IMG/VR virus record: IMGVR_UViG_3300010885_079087
Source of the DNA: an uncultured virus (IMG/VR IMGVR_UViG_3300010885_079087)
Taxonomy: Duplodnaviria > Heunggongvirae > Uroviricota > Caudoviricetes
Length of the DNA: 20,000 bases
Direction: 5' to 3' (one strand)
Each line of letters starts with the position of its first letter. Within the stretch, counting starts at the first letter, position 1. Both the position numbers and the translations under genes were made by a program. A model generated the notes under the pieces. That model was not told the origin of the DNA. It ran no database searches and saw only the letters and a list, made by a program, of their open reading frames with translations. Below are positions 8,334-18,064 of this stretch, piece by piece.

Positions 8334-10924
8334 GGCACCGAGTCTACTGTAAATAAATCATAAATCGTCCAATTAATTACAGTGGTATTTGGAATAAAGT
8401 TAACCCCTTCCGTTAAATTAGGAACAATAAAAACATCCAAAACTTTATCATACAAATCTGATTCATTTCCTAGTAAAATTGAAGTGCCTCTCTCTGTGTT
8501 TTTAGGAATTGAACCCACTAATGTTGACTGTATTCCAGTGGTAGTGTTTTCAGCTAGCACGTAAACTGTCATTGAGTTTTGTATTGGAGAAGTAGATATA
8601 ATTGTGCCATTTGTAACATTCACTGCTCCAGCTCCCACATTTGAATATCCTAAGGCATTTAAATCTAATGTAGGGACATAAAGCTGTATTCTTGATGGAT
8701 AAGCGGCTTGGTCATCTGATAAATAAACACCTCTTGAGGAAACAATAGTTCCAGTTTCACCCTGATCAGAAAATCCTAATTTTGCTACTTGAGCATTTGT
8801 AGTCCCTGTTATCCAATTTATTCCATCGATTGAAGTGGCATAGCTTGTGCTAAATCCAGTGCTGTTTCTAAACTTTAAGTATTGAGAAGAAGATGTTAAA
8901 GGATATGGAATGTTCATACTGAATTTTGCCCAATAATTTTGATTAGTGTTTAGTCCAACAAAGTTAGCTCCCTGAATAGGCATATTCATGATGTATGATG
9001 ACGTGATTGATGCAATTGGAATTGATTGAAGTGTAGCAATTGAAGTGCCTATTGGCTGTAAAGTATTTCCTGTGAAAATACCGCAGCTTAGTTGTGATAA
9101 CACTGGCGTAATTTCCGCCCCATTTCCGCCAGAATTACTAACTGCATCAAATACTGTTATTGATGGATTTGTAAGATATCCGCTTCCAAAAGAAGATACT
9201 AAAGCAGAGCCAATGCCTCCACCTAAACTTGTGCTTAATCTAATTTCTGCTCCCACTCCATCGCCGCTGATAACTGCATATGGTTGGATATAATTTTCCC
9301 CAGCGTTTTTAATTATGCAGCTTTGAATACCGCACAAGGGAGATGAATTAGTAATAAATGCATTGAAAGCAATTCCCCCAACAATACCTGATTCACTTGA
9401 AGAGTTTTTAATCTTTATTGCAAAATTAGTAACAGAAATTCCAAGAGGTGTAGTGGAATTTGGTGCTAAAATTACATCATTGAGTGTTGCACTATTAACT
9501 TCGAATGGCGAAGTGATTCTTTGCTGCTGAAACCCATTGGCCTCTTTGATGTTCTTGTATACATGATAAAAAAGCAAATTGTTAACATTTAAACTTGTAG
9601 ACCATCCAATATAGTTATTAACCCTTTGATTAAAGTAAAAATTGGCATCTGACGTGAATTTTGGAACGTATTCACCTGAGGATGTGACTGCAGAAATGCC
9701 ATAAGAATATGTACCATTTGTTATTGTAGAATTGCCTGTAAAATCTACAAGATTTTTGATTGACACTGAACCATCATATCCTCCAAGCGCTTGACCAACA
9801 TAAGCATTTCCTCCATAAATGTCACCTCTAAAAATTGCATAATTTCTAGTCAAATCAATTCCTTGATAGTAGTAATAAAAATCTTTGAATCTTGGATCAA
9901 AATCTGTTTTTTGTAAACCTTGGAAACCAGTACCATATTGAAATAATCCTGTGGGCTGAAAAGGCTGAGAGTGCCAATACTCATCAAAATTTTGCTGATT
10001 GGTGGCAATTCCTGTTGTGTAGGTTAAATAACTATTGGTTAAATTTGATTCAATCTCATAATTTTGAATAATACTAAAAGCACGAATTGAATTATTGACA
10101 GATCTTAAAAATGCTGAATAAGCCTCAAATGATGGGAAGAAACTCTGAGGATCAGTGTAGATTGGATAGGTTTCAAAAAGTTTTTCCGCGCCTACTGGGC
10201 AAGAATATGTCAGTGACCCAACAGAACCAGATATTTCCACTTCTGCAGACGCTATGATAAGCCCAGATGCAGGAATATCGATATCTGGTGGATTTCCTGT
10301 AGAAGCAAATGTTGTGAAGTATCTAATTACTGGTTGAAAAATCAATGTCAAAGTGGTGCCTGCTGATGCATATCCATTTGGATCTTGAGTTAAAAGAATT
10401 GTGTTTGTTGTGACATCAATAGAAGAAATTCCAAAAAGATAATTGTTAATATTCACACTTCTGAAATTGTTTAAATAATTAGTAGATGGAAGCTGATCAA
10501 CAACTATTGACGAGCCTGAAACACTTACCACTGTGCAATTAAATACAGTGGAAGATAATTCAAAATCATTATAATCTAAATAAAACTTAAATAACTTTTT
10601 GCCTGCATAGTCTTGTTCGCTTCTAATTGGAATCGATTGTGATGGAATATTTATAAGATTTCTTTGATAAAAAACAATTCCGGGACTAAATTCAAAATTT
10701 ACTTGTAGACCATTGTTAACAAATGTAATTGTTGCAAAAGATGCATCGTTTTCGTACACACCAAAAATTGGTTTACCAAAAGCTAAAATGGAAGCGATTT
10801 GATTGACATTGAATATTGCTGAAGAAGGGCTTGTGGCATCGCCTAAAACATTGTTTTTCATTTCATAAGAAATGCCTATTGCTTGGGAAAGATTAACTAA
10901 AAAGTTGTTGTTTATATTTGACAC
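8330..10924 (-). CDS. Virion structural protein (baseplate/fibre-like), 864 aa
   Basis: S/T/N/G/I-rich beta composition; two G.[GN]Y...P...[IV]...G.GA repeats at ~9100-9330 of the type common in baseplate/structural proteins of large T4-like phages; FnIII-like TYSYGISAV...GE...IGW....YHVYK stretch. GTG start. Confidence 0.65.
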   Translation of the reverse strand: MSNINNNFLVNLSQAIGISYEMKNNVLGDATSPSSAIFNVNQIASILAFGKPIFGVYENDASFATITFVNNGLQVNFEFSPGIVFYQRNLINIPSQSIPIRSEQDYAGKKLFKFYLDYNDFELSSTVFNCTVVSVSGSSIVVDQLPSTNYLNNFRSVNINNYLFGISSIDVTTNTILLTQDPNGYASAGTTLTLIFQPVIRYFTTFASTGNPPDIDIPASGLIIASAEVEISGSVGSLTYSCPVGAEKLFETYPIYTDPQSFFPSFEAYSAFLRSVNNSIRAFSIIQNYEIESNLTNSYLTYTTGIATNQQNFDEYWHSQPFQPTGLFQYGTGFQGLQKTDFDPRFKDFYYYYQGIDLTRNYAIFRGDIYGGNAYVGQALGGYDGSVSIKNLVDFTGNSTITNGTYSYGISAVTSSGEYVPKFTSDANFYFNQRVNNYIGWSTSLNVNNLLFYHVYKNIKEANGFQQQRITSPFEVNSATLNDVILAPNSTTPLGISVTNFAIKIKNSSSESGIVGGIAFNAFITNSSPLCGIQSCIIKNAGENYIQPYAVISGDGVGAEIRLSTSLGGGIGSALVSSFGSGYLTNPSITVFDAVSNSGGNGAEITPVLSQLSCGIFTGNTLQPIGTSIATLQSIPIASITSSYIMNMPIQGANFVGLNTNQNYWAKFSMNIPYPLTSSSQYLKFRNSTGFSTSYATSIDGINWITGTTNAQVAKLGFSDQGETGTIVSSRGVYLSDDQAAYPSRIQLYVPTLDLNALGYSNVGAGAVNVTNGTIISTSPIQNSMTVYVLAENTTTGIQSTLVGSIPKNTERGTSILLGNESDLYDKVLDVFIVPNLTEGVNFIPNTTVINWTIYDLFTVDSVP

Positions 10925-10959
10925 TATTTAAATTTTACGCATCTTGAACTAAAATGCCT
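10925..10959 (-). promoter_or_regulatory. Candidate phage promoter AGG-N16-GCGTAA-N10-GTG
   Basis: Minus strand reads TAA-AGGCATTTTAGTTCAAGATGCGTAAAATTTAAATA-GTG; fills the only sizeable intergenic gap inside the structural cluster. Confidence 0.65.
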
Positions 10960-11793
10960 TTAAGAAACATCAAAGTACTCAAGCAGAAACTTTTGCACAA
11001 ATTCTGGTATAAGCGATTTATTTAAAGCATACCATGAAACAAAATCCGGATCCCAATCCAATAAATTCGCCCAGTTGTAAACATTCATATATGTGGAATC
11101 AAACAAAACTTCGTACACAGAATTTGAAGTAGAAATATTAGGTGCCACAAAATTATTATTAGCATTGAAAGAGTAAAATTGACCATATCCATTATTGTAT
11201 CTATAGCTAGCGATATTGCTACGATAAATTGCAGAAGGTAGAACAGACCAATTAGTGTTGATGCCATTTATTGTCACGTCTTCAAAATCTAATAAAAGTA
11301 AAATTTGCAAATCTGAATTATTCACTAAACTTGATTCAAAAGATCTTATTATTGACTGATTCAGATTATAGGAATTATCATAAGGAATTCCATTAGTTTT
11401 GTAAGCTGAAGCGATACCTAACACTGTTGATCCGCTAGAAGAAATTGAAATATTAATGGGGAGAGTTTTATTTTGATATGTGACTGTACCAATTCCCACT
11501 TGTGGCAAGTCCTGTAAACTTATTGCATTTGTAACACCAAGTTTTGTGTTTGTGGAAAGATTTGGTAAAACATTATATACTGCGTTGTAAGTAAATACTC
11601 CAGGTTGTAAATAAAAATCATTTAAATCAAATGGTTTATAAACCTCAAAACCAAAATTTACAGCATATGATGTTGAAAACCCATAATTTCTTACCGTATT
11701 TATGGTTGCTTGATGCACATCTGTGCTTTTTACAAACTTATAAAAAAGTTCGCACATTGGCTCGAGCATATTTGTTATAATTGAAGTGGTCAT
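10960..11793 (-). CDS. Virion structural protein, 277 aa
   Basis: Same S/T/N-rich composition and GIGT motifs as its neighbours; ATGA overlap with the 1582-aa gene. Confidence 0.55.
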   Translation of the reverse strand: MTTSIITNMLEPMCELFYKFVKSTDVHQATINTVRNYGFSTSYAVNFGFEVYKPFDLNDFYLQPGVFTYNAVYNVLPNLSTNTKLGVTNAISLQDLPQVGIGTVTYQNKTLPINISISSSGSTVLGIASAYKTNGIPYDNSYNLNQSIIRSFESSLVNNSDLQILLLLDFEDVTINGINTNWSVLPSAIYRSNIASYRYNNGYGQFYSFNANNNFVAPNISTSNSVYEVLFDSTYMNVYNWANLLDWDPDFVSWYALNKSLIPEFVQKFLLEYFDVS

Positions 11794-14700
11794 GATGATC
11801 TTATTACAAATGAATCTCCTGGCGGAAAACCGTTATTTACTGAAATTGCATCTTCATACGTTTTACTTACATTAAAGAATACAATATTGTCTACTGGATA
11901 TCCTGAGTTAATTGATACAGGAGAAGGGGTGTAAACAGCTGTGCCTGTACCTATTCCAATCAAAGTGTTTCCAAAACCAACATTCCAAAAAACACTTACA
12001 GCTGCTGTTGAAAAAGTATAGTAAAGAATTTTAAAACTTACTGGGGACTGCCTTACCGAAGTGGTGAGGAATCCAACACTTGTAGAATAGCCTGAAGAGA
12101 CAACATTAAATGTGTCTATTATAGGAACAGAACCACTGTTAACATACACTTGTACGCCTGATGATGTACCTATTCCTACCACCACTGGAACTTGTAGCGT
12201 TAGATTCCCTAGAGGAGTGAAAGTGCCCTCAAAAATACCGCATTTAGGCCCAGTATTTACTCCAATAATTGTTTTTGCAGAACCTACCACATAATTTATA
12301 GATGGCTCATAAGTTTGCAGAACAACGTCAAAAATTGAAAAATCTTTGTAATTGTTAGTAGTTCTATCCATCCATGTGGTCTTCCATTTAGCTCCTGCAG
12401 AAAGGTTTATTGGCTCAGGCTGATAATACACTCCATTGGAATTAAATCCAAGGTTAACATATATATCATGAGTGTAATTCAAATATTGATATTGTGGCAA
12501 TGTAGTGCCAATTACGCTGGAGTTGTTTAAAGCAGCTCTAGGGTAAATTGAAATTGGAGCATTTATTGGATTTGATTTGAATGCCCAATAACCATCTACT
12601 TGTGTTATAGGAGGCATTTCCCTTAAGCGATTTGGTTTAGCTAATCCAAATTGAGAACTATCAGTATAATTAAAAGCTGCATAAATGTCATTGTTTACTT
12701 GGCTAAATAACTTGTTAAACACAAAATTGAAATTAGTTGTGGTATTAGCTATTCCAATTAAACTTGAAGTTCCAATACCAATTGCTGCACCATCATATTC
12801 AACAAGCGATCTGCATGTGAATATTTGATTTTGTAAAATTCTTCTTGAGGTTAAAATGTTGAATGCGTTGATTACAGTGCCTGATAACAATGAATTACTA
12901 AATGTGAATGCCACTCCTGTGAAGACAGTAGATAACGAGCTGGTTAAAACAACATCGCTGTAAATAGTGTCTGTAATTGATCCATAAGTTGTGGTTAATC
13001 CAACATAAATTTCATTTGTTGCAGAAGTGTAATCATTGCTTCGCCTTAAGTTTAGCAATGTTTGTTTTGTGTCAGAAGTTAAAATATTTGACCCAAAAAC
13101 GCTTGATATCCCAATTGTTGCTTTACTTATATCTAGATCAAAGCCAGAAGTTGAAATGCTTCCAGGAATCATTATCGGTTTTGTGTCATTGAAAATATAA
13201 TTTGAGGATATTCCAAAATTTGAGGTGGAAATTCCAACAAATGACCCTTGGATACTTAAGAAACAGTTATCTAAGCTTTGTTTTATTGAAACCCAGTAAT
13301 CCGCATTAATATCTATTAAAGAAGTGTTAGTAAAATCAAAAGTTATTGGGATATCTAAACTTTGATACGAATATCTATTTATGTCTGTAATTTGAATATG
13401 GTCTGAGCTAGCCACCTCAGTTCTGATGTCTCCACTGACAGCATAAATATGAGCAGAGATAAACCCAGATGGATTTGCATTGTTTAATTCTATCAGTTTA
13501 CAATTTATTGTAATGTAGCTAATTCCCAAATTTCCATAATTTGATGGCACTAAGATTTGGTTTAAAATTTCATCGTCATAAAGTGTTAAATATTGATTGC
13601 CAGAAGAATAATTTAAAGCGCTCAAATTTGTTTGTGTATTTTGGAAATTACTAAATGATTCAAGATCTCCTGATTGCAAGTTTTTATTAGAAATGATAAA
13701 TGAGTCTACTGTTGGATAGTTTTGAATTAAAATATTAACATCCACATTTGAAGTGTAACCCAAACCTTGAAATGCTTTTTTATTAAACTTAAATCCAGCA
13801 TTGTAACCTAAGCTTGGAGCCTTAGTTTGCACAAAATTTACAAGATTATAGCCAGAATCAACCGATGCTGTGAACTCTGCCACGTTATTCATTATTACTT
13901 TGATATTTGCATGAGTGGTTCCAATTCCATTTGTGGAAAATCCAACATCAGTGAGATAAGTGTTGAAATTAAAACTAAAATTAGCTCCTGCGTTTAAGAT
14001 ATTAATAGAAGATGGGTCAATAATCCCCTGATTTAAAATTGTATATTCGATTTGTGCCGGTTGTTCATTTGTAATTAAATTAGCTTGTGGTAATAGCCAA
14101 GATTTATAAGTTCCGGGATTTAAAAAGCTACCAAATCCTAACACTTGAATTGATGAAACCTCGCAGTTGAACCCAACAGGCACATTAGTAATAGTGTATG
14201 GCGGTAACGTAGTGGGGCTAGAAACTATACCGCTTAAAATTTGTGCTGTTAAATCAGTGAAACCTGTTGCTTCTCCAACAATACTTTGAGATGGGGGAAC
14301 ATTATAGGAATACAAAACATCGTTCCAGTATTTCTCTGTGTTATATGTGTAATTAGTCATACACAGAGAAATTTTTTCAAGCGAAGCAAATGCACTTGAT
14401 TGTGTGTTCAAATCAACTGTATAGAATGTATTGCCTTGGTCTAAATACTCTTGCACAGCATCTGCCACATCATCAGGATCTGTTATGCCCTGGCTATTAA
14501 GTAACGCAACATACTGTTCGTAAGTGTATTTTGAAGTATCTACTGGAGAAAATGCCCTTGTTAAAATAGGTCTAACCATTCCATCCTTGAGGTCTGGAAT
14601 CATTCCCGCATAACCATACAGCCTAAACTCTTCTATTGAAGATACACTGTAATCATTGTAGTCTGTGCTGTCAGGATTTGCTATGTAATAGTATCCTATT

Positions 14701-16538
14701 GTCTCCTGATTATTGTCCAACCTGAAATCATAATCGCTCTTAGAAATTACATATTTTGAGGACATCAAATAAAGAATTTTATTAAGTATATTTTGATTAT
14801 TATATGCAAATGATAAATTCAATGTGTAATCAAAAGCTAGTCCATTTCCTTGGTTGTATGGGTCAATTCCATCGCACACAAAACTGATGGGTTTAAATAT
14901 TTCAAATTGAGTATCTTGAGGAAGTTTGTACGTGTTAAGCATAGTTAACTGCCCTTGATCAAACGTCATATACTCTTTGCTAGCCACTATCGTAGTGGCT
15001 TCATAAATAGATTTTTCTTCATATTCAGAAAAATTCAAAGGCTCAATTCTGTTTGTGCCATAGGGCTGAGTAAAATCTTTGAGTGTGTTTCTTGAAACTA
15101 CCAAACTTTCACCTGTGAAATAATCTGCAACATTATTGAAATTAACTCCAAAGAAAAAGTCAGCTATAAAGTTATCTAGCGTTCCAAGATAAGATGTAAT
15201 AATATTGTCAAGTATCAAGAAATATCCTTTAGCATCTACTAAATTTTCAGCAAAGCTTTCCCATATCAAATTATCATTTATTACTTTTACAAATGCTGAA
15301 GGCAACACTTGGTTTTCAGATATTAAAGAGTAGCCGTTAGAATAATTGAGCCCTGTTTTTTTGGGATTTTTTTGAAACACTAAAAGATTCAACGGGACAT
15401 TATTTGAAAACTCTTTCTCTATTGGATAATAGTTTACATACTCAGAATAATTAGAATCAAACAAATAATCAAGTTCTAGCTGTGCATTCAAGCCTTGATT
15501 GTCTCCTGTTCCATTGTTATAGAAATTTCCAAAGAAGTATGAATAAGTGGAATTACTGGTAAGTATACCATTTAAACTGACATCATTCAAAATAGGATAT
15601 CTAGTTGGCTGTGTTTGGGTTGACGGAGTTCCATCAAAAAGCGTGGCGTTAATTCTTTCAGGAGACCATAAATAGCTTTCTGCTTCTACAAATGACTGAG
15701 AAGTAAAACCTAAACTGAACGGCACTTCGTTAGACCAAAAATTTTTTCTACCGTAATTTGCATTAATTGTTGCTTGTTTTATATTGCTAGTTAATACGCC
15801 AATTTGATTTATAAAGTTTTGTGTGCCAACATACTTTATATTTCCTGACACGCTGTTACTCGTAGAGATAAAGGATGAATCCGTGTTTCCCCAGTAAAAC
15901 GCCAACCAAAATGTTGATGATGGTGAAGTGTTTATGTATTGCAAATTAATTAAAAGATTTGTAGAAGGATAAGCATAAGACCATGAATAGTCAAATTTAA
16001 TCAGTTTTGTGTCAGTGTAAGTAACGCCGTTGAAACTATTGATACCGAACACCGCAAAATCTACAGGTACATCAATCAAGTGTGAATTGAACTGATTCCC
16101 AGCTAAACTAAATGATGAATAAGGAATTGAGACAACAGAAGATGTGCCAATACCCACTCCTGTAATCCCATAAATTTGACCTGAAAGAAAAGCACTACTG
16201 ACACCTATGTTGTAATTGTTGATAGTAGTAGAAATATGTGTGCTTACATCAAACTGAGGATAAGAAATTGAATTGGCGATTCCTGAAAAACAATTTTGCA
16301 AACTTTGCTCTAATAAGTCAGTTTGATCTGAGCTAACTTGATCAAACTCATTTCCAAATAAGCTAGCTAAGTCATAATCCTCGGTTATTGAGCTGCCTAA
16401 AACCTGAGACGCTAATTCATAAAATTTTGCTGAAATGCCAATATTTTTATTCATATTGCCCACAATCTTATCTAATGCTTCATATGTTATAGCATTAGAG
16501 TGAACAATATTTTGAAAAAATTTTTGATTAGTTGTCAT
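11790..16538 (-). CDS. Large virion structural protein (1582 aa) with a degenerate PA14-like domain near the C-terminus
   Basis: Beta-rich S/T/N/G composition with many G[IF][GS][TS] motifs; GIFEGTF...TSSGVQVYVN...IIDTF...FKILYY....AAVSVFW at ~11970-12250 follows the PA14 pattern. Confidence 0.6.
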   Translation of the reverse strand: MTTNQKFFQNIVHSNAITYEALDKIVGNMNKNIGISAKFYELASQVLGSSITEDYDLASLFGNEFDQVSSDQTDLLEQSLQNCFSGIANSISYPQFDVSTHISTTINNYNIGVSSAFLSGQIYGITGVGIGTSSVVSIPYSSFSLAGNQFNSHLIDVPVDFAVFGINSFNGVTYTDTKLIKFDYSWSYAYPSTNLLINLQYINTSPSSTFWLAFYWGNTDSSFISTSNSVSGNIKYVGTQNFINQIGVLTSNIKQATINANYGRKNFWSNEVPFSLGFTSQSFVEAESYLWSPERINATLFDGTPSTQTQPTRYPILNDVSLNGILTSNSTYSYFFGNFYNNGTGDNQGLNAQLELDYLFDSNYSEYVNYYPIEKEFSNNVPLNLLVFQKNPKKTGLNYSNGYSLISENQVLPSAFVKVINDNLIWESFAENLVDAKGYFLILDNIITSYLGTLDNFIADFFFGVNFNNVADYFTGESLVVSRNTLKDFTQPYGTNRIEPLNFSEYEEKSIYEATTIVASKEYMTFDQGQLTMLNTYKLPQDTQFEIFKPISFVCDGIDPYNQGNGLAFDYTLNLSFAYNNQNILNKILYLMSSKYVISKSDYDFRLDNNQETIGYYYIANPDSTDYNDYSVSSIEEFRLYGYAGMIPDLKDGMVRPILTRAFSPVDTSKYTYEQYVALLNSQGITDPDDVADAVQEYLDQGNTFYTVDLNTQSSAFASLEKISLCMTNYTYNTEKYWNDVLYSYNVPPSQSIVGEATGFTDLTAQILSGIVSSPTTLPPYTITNVPVGFNCEVSSIQVLGFGSFLNPGTYKSWLLPQANLITNEQPAQIEYTILNQGIIDPSSINILNAGANFSFNFNTYLTDVGFSTNGIGTTHANIKVIMNNVAEFTASVDSGYNLVNFVQTKAPSLGYNAGFKFNKKAFQGLGYTSNVDVNILIQNYPTVDSFIISNKNLQSGDLESFSNFQNTQTNLSALNYSSGNQYLTLYDDEILNQILVPSNYGNLGISYITINCKLIELNNANPSGFISAHIYAVSGDIRTEVASSDHIQITDINRYSYQSLDIPITFDFTNTSLIDINADYWVSIKQSLDNCFLSIQGSFVGISTSNFGISSNYIFNDTKPIMIPGSISTSGFDLDISKATIGISSVFGSNILTSDTKQTLLNLRRSNDYTSATNEIYVGLTTTYGSITDTIYSDVVLTSSLSTVFTGVAFTFSNSLLSGTVINAFNILTSRRILQNQIFTCRSLVEYDGAAIGIGTSSLIGIANTTTNFNFVFNKLFSQVNNDIYAAFNYTDSSQFGLAKPNRLREMPPITQVDGYWAFKSNPINAPISIYPRAALNNSSVIGTTLPQYQYLNYTHDIYVNLGFNSNGVYYQPEPINLSAGAKWKTTWMDRTTNNYKDFSIFDVVLQTYEPSINYVVGSAKTIIGVNTGPKCGIFEGTFTPLGNLTLQVPVVVGIGTSSGVQVYVNSGSVPIIDTFNVVSSGYSTSVGFLTTSVRQSPVSFKILYYTFSTAAVSVFWNVGFGNTLIGIGTGTAVYTPSPVSINSGYPVDNIVFFNVSKTYEDAISVNNGFPPGDSFVIRSS

Positions 16539-17569
16539 TTCACTGCGTTTACGTTGACATTATTTGGGCCAAACTGATCAACACTAATAATCTCCTTGCC
16601 TTTCATTGTAAATTCTGCTGTATGTAAAAATGCTTGTTCCACTCCATCGTCTGATGGTGTAATATCACCCACTTGTATGTCCTGGAGCAATCGCATTAAT
16701 TGCACCTGATTATTAACAACATTGTTCAGGTTTGTGTTCCAACTAGAATTATAAGAAATTTGAGCTGGCTTGATTCCCGCAGCCCAATCTGAAACAAACA
16801 TTTGAACAGCTTGATAAGCTACTCCTGGCCAATCGTAATACGGAGGGGATGATGAGCTATGAGTTTCTGCCCAATAAGTGTTTACGTTGTTCACAACAAT
16901 GTCGGCATAGTCTTGAATAATTGTTGTGGAATACCCAATATGCCCTGAGCCTTGAGATAAAGTGAGAGTTAAATTTGCATTTGCGTCTGAATATGTTGTT
17001 TGTGTAATGCCTAATCCACAAGATAGTATTTCAGACACAGTAACTTTTCCAGAAATACCTGGTGTAAGTTTTATGTAAGCAGATGCTGTGTTGCCAAGCC
17101 CTACTCCAGGAACAGTAACACTATAAGAAGATGTGCCTATTGGTAAAATGCACGTATTGATGCCTACGTTGGCCACTGTGCCATTATCAATGTAATGTAT
17201 GGGGCTAAGTGGGAACTTGCCGCAAAAGGGGCATAAATCGCAAATCCACATGGTTCTATGGTTTTTAAGGATTTGATGCGCCACTCTTGCAGCTTCCTGT
17301 ATTACTCTTTCTGATGTTTCTTGGTCATCATTACTCGAATAAAATGTAATCTTAATGCTATATTCGATTTCTCTAAGCCCAAAACCAATATCTTTTATAT
17401 TCGAAGTAGTGCCTCTCAAAACCACCCCTAAAGGCGAAGGAAGAATTTGCCTATTACCAAAAAACCATTGTTGTATGATCCTATCATACACCTGAGGATA
17501 TCCTTGGTTGTCTTTCGGAAAATCAGTGTAAAGAATAGCTTTTAAAGTATCATAGATTTTATCTACCAT
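16535..17569 (-). CDS. Putative tail terminator/neck protein with a large inserted CxxCxxC domain
   Basis: Follows the gp36-like adaptor; N-terminal ~105 aa (helix, FFG...P, EYSIKITFY, helix ..HQILK) plus C-terminal ~50 aa (IQVGDI...FLHTAEFTMKG) resemble the Mu gp37/lambda gpU terminator topology. Confidence 0.5.
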   Translation of the reverse strand: MVDKIYDTLKAILYTDFPKDNQGYPQVYDRIIQQWFFGNRQILPSPLGVVLRGTTSNIKDIGFGLREIEYSIKITFYSSNDDQETSERVIQEAARVAHQILKNHRTMWICDLCPFCGKFPLSPIHYIDNGTVANVGINTCILPIGTSSYSVTVPGVGLGNTASAYIKLTPGISGKVTVSEILSCGLGITQTTYSDANANLTLTLSQGSGHIGYSTTIIQDYADIVVNNVNTYWAETHSSSSPPYYDWPGVAYQAVQMFVSDWAAGIKPAQISYNSSWNTNLNNVVNNQVQLMRLLQDIQVGDITPSDDGVEQAFLHTAEFTMKGKEIISVDQFGPNNVNVNAVK

Positions 17570-17572
17570 CTA

Positions 17573-18064
17573 TTAACCACCGCCTTTACTGCGCCCACCT
17601 TCAGCAGGATTCCTTGGTGCACCCTGAAGTGGAGATCTCACAAATCTACTACCTCTTGTGTTTCTGTTTCCATAAATTCTAAGCTCACCATTTTGCATTT
17701 TGTATAGCTGATCATAAGCCCATTTATTTCTTTCTTTAATAGCATCAGACATTTGCTTATCTGCCCCTTGTAATTTTTGTTCATAAATTCTGGCGGCTGA
17801 TAAGATTGCAACAATTTCAGGAATAGGATTTGGATACCTAATTTCACCATCGAAATTTACTTTCTTCAATGGAACATCGTATTGAGTGGCTAAAGCGCCA
17901 TCTACTTCGTCTGAAGCTTGTTCGACAAAATAATTCAAATCAATATTGAACACACTTTCTGGGGTAGGATTTCTATAATTAGGATCTGGATTGTCGCCTT
18001 CTACCACAATATTTGGTGGTAAGTACTTTTTAACATCTTCTTTTGAACAATATAATCTAGCCAT
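17573..18064 (-). CDS. Head-to-tail adaptor, Mu gp36/DUF1320-like
   Basis: MARLYCSKEDV...EQASDEVDGALATQYDVPL...P.PI..I...L.A..IY...WAYDQLYKMQNGEL matches the gp36 pattern (YC...D, A...ID..L..RY..PL, A...L..I..G). ATG at 18064 has AAAGGAG upstream and is preferred over the track's start at 18145. Confidence 0.85.
   Translation of the reverse strand: MARLYCSKEDVKKYLPPNIVVEGDNPDPNYRNPTPESVFNIDLNYFVEQASDEVDGALATQYDVPLKKVNFDGEIRYPNPIPEIVAILSAARIYEQKLQGADKQMSDAIKERNKWAYDQLYKMQNGELRIYGNRNTRGSRFVRSPLQGAPRNPAEGGRSKGGG

Noticed and set aside
11790..16538. 1582-aa gene as tape measure protein
   Set aside because: Composition is beta-rich S/T/N/G/F/Y, not the helical A/L/K/E pattern of tape measures.
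16700..17250. Intein in the terminator-like gene
   Set aside because: No C-terminal HN-[CST] splice junction or LAGLIDADG motifs.
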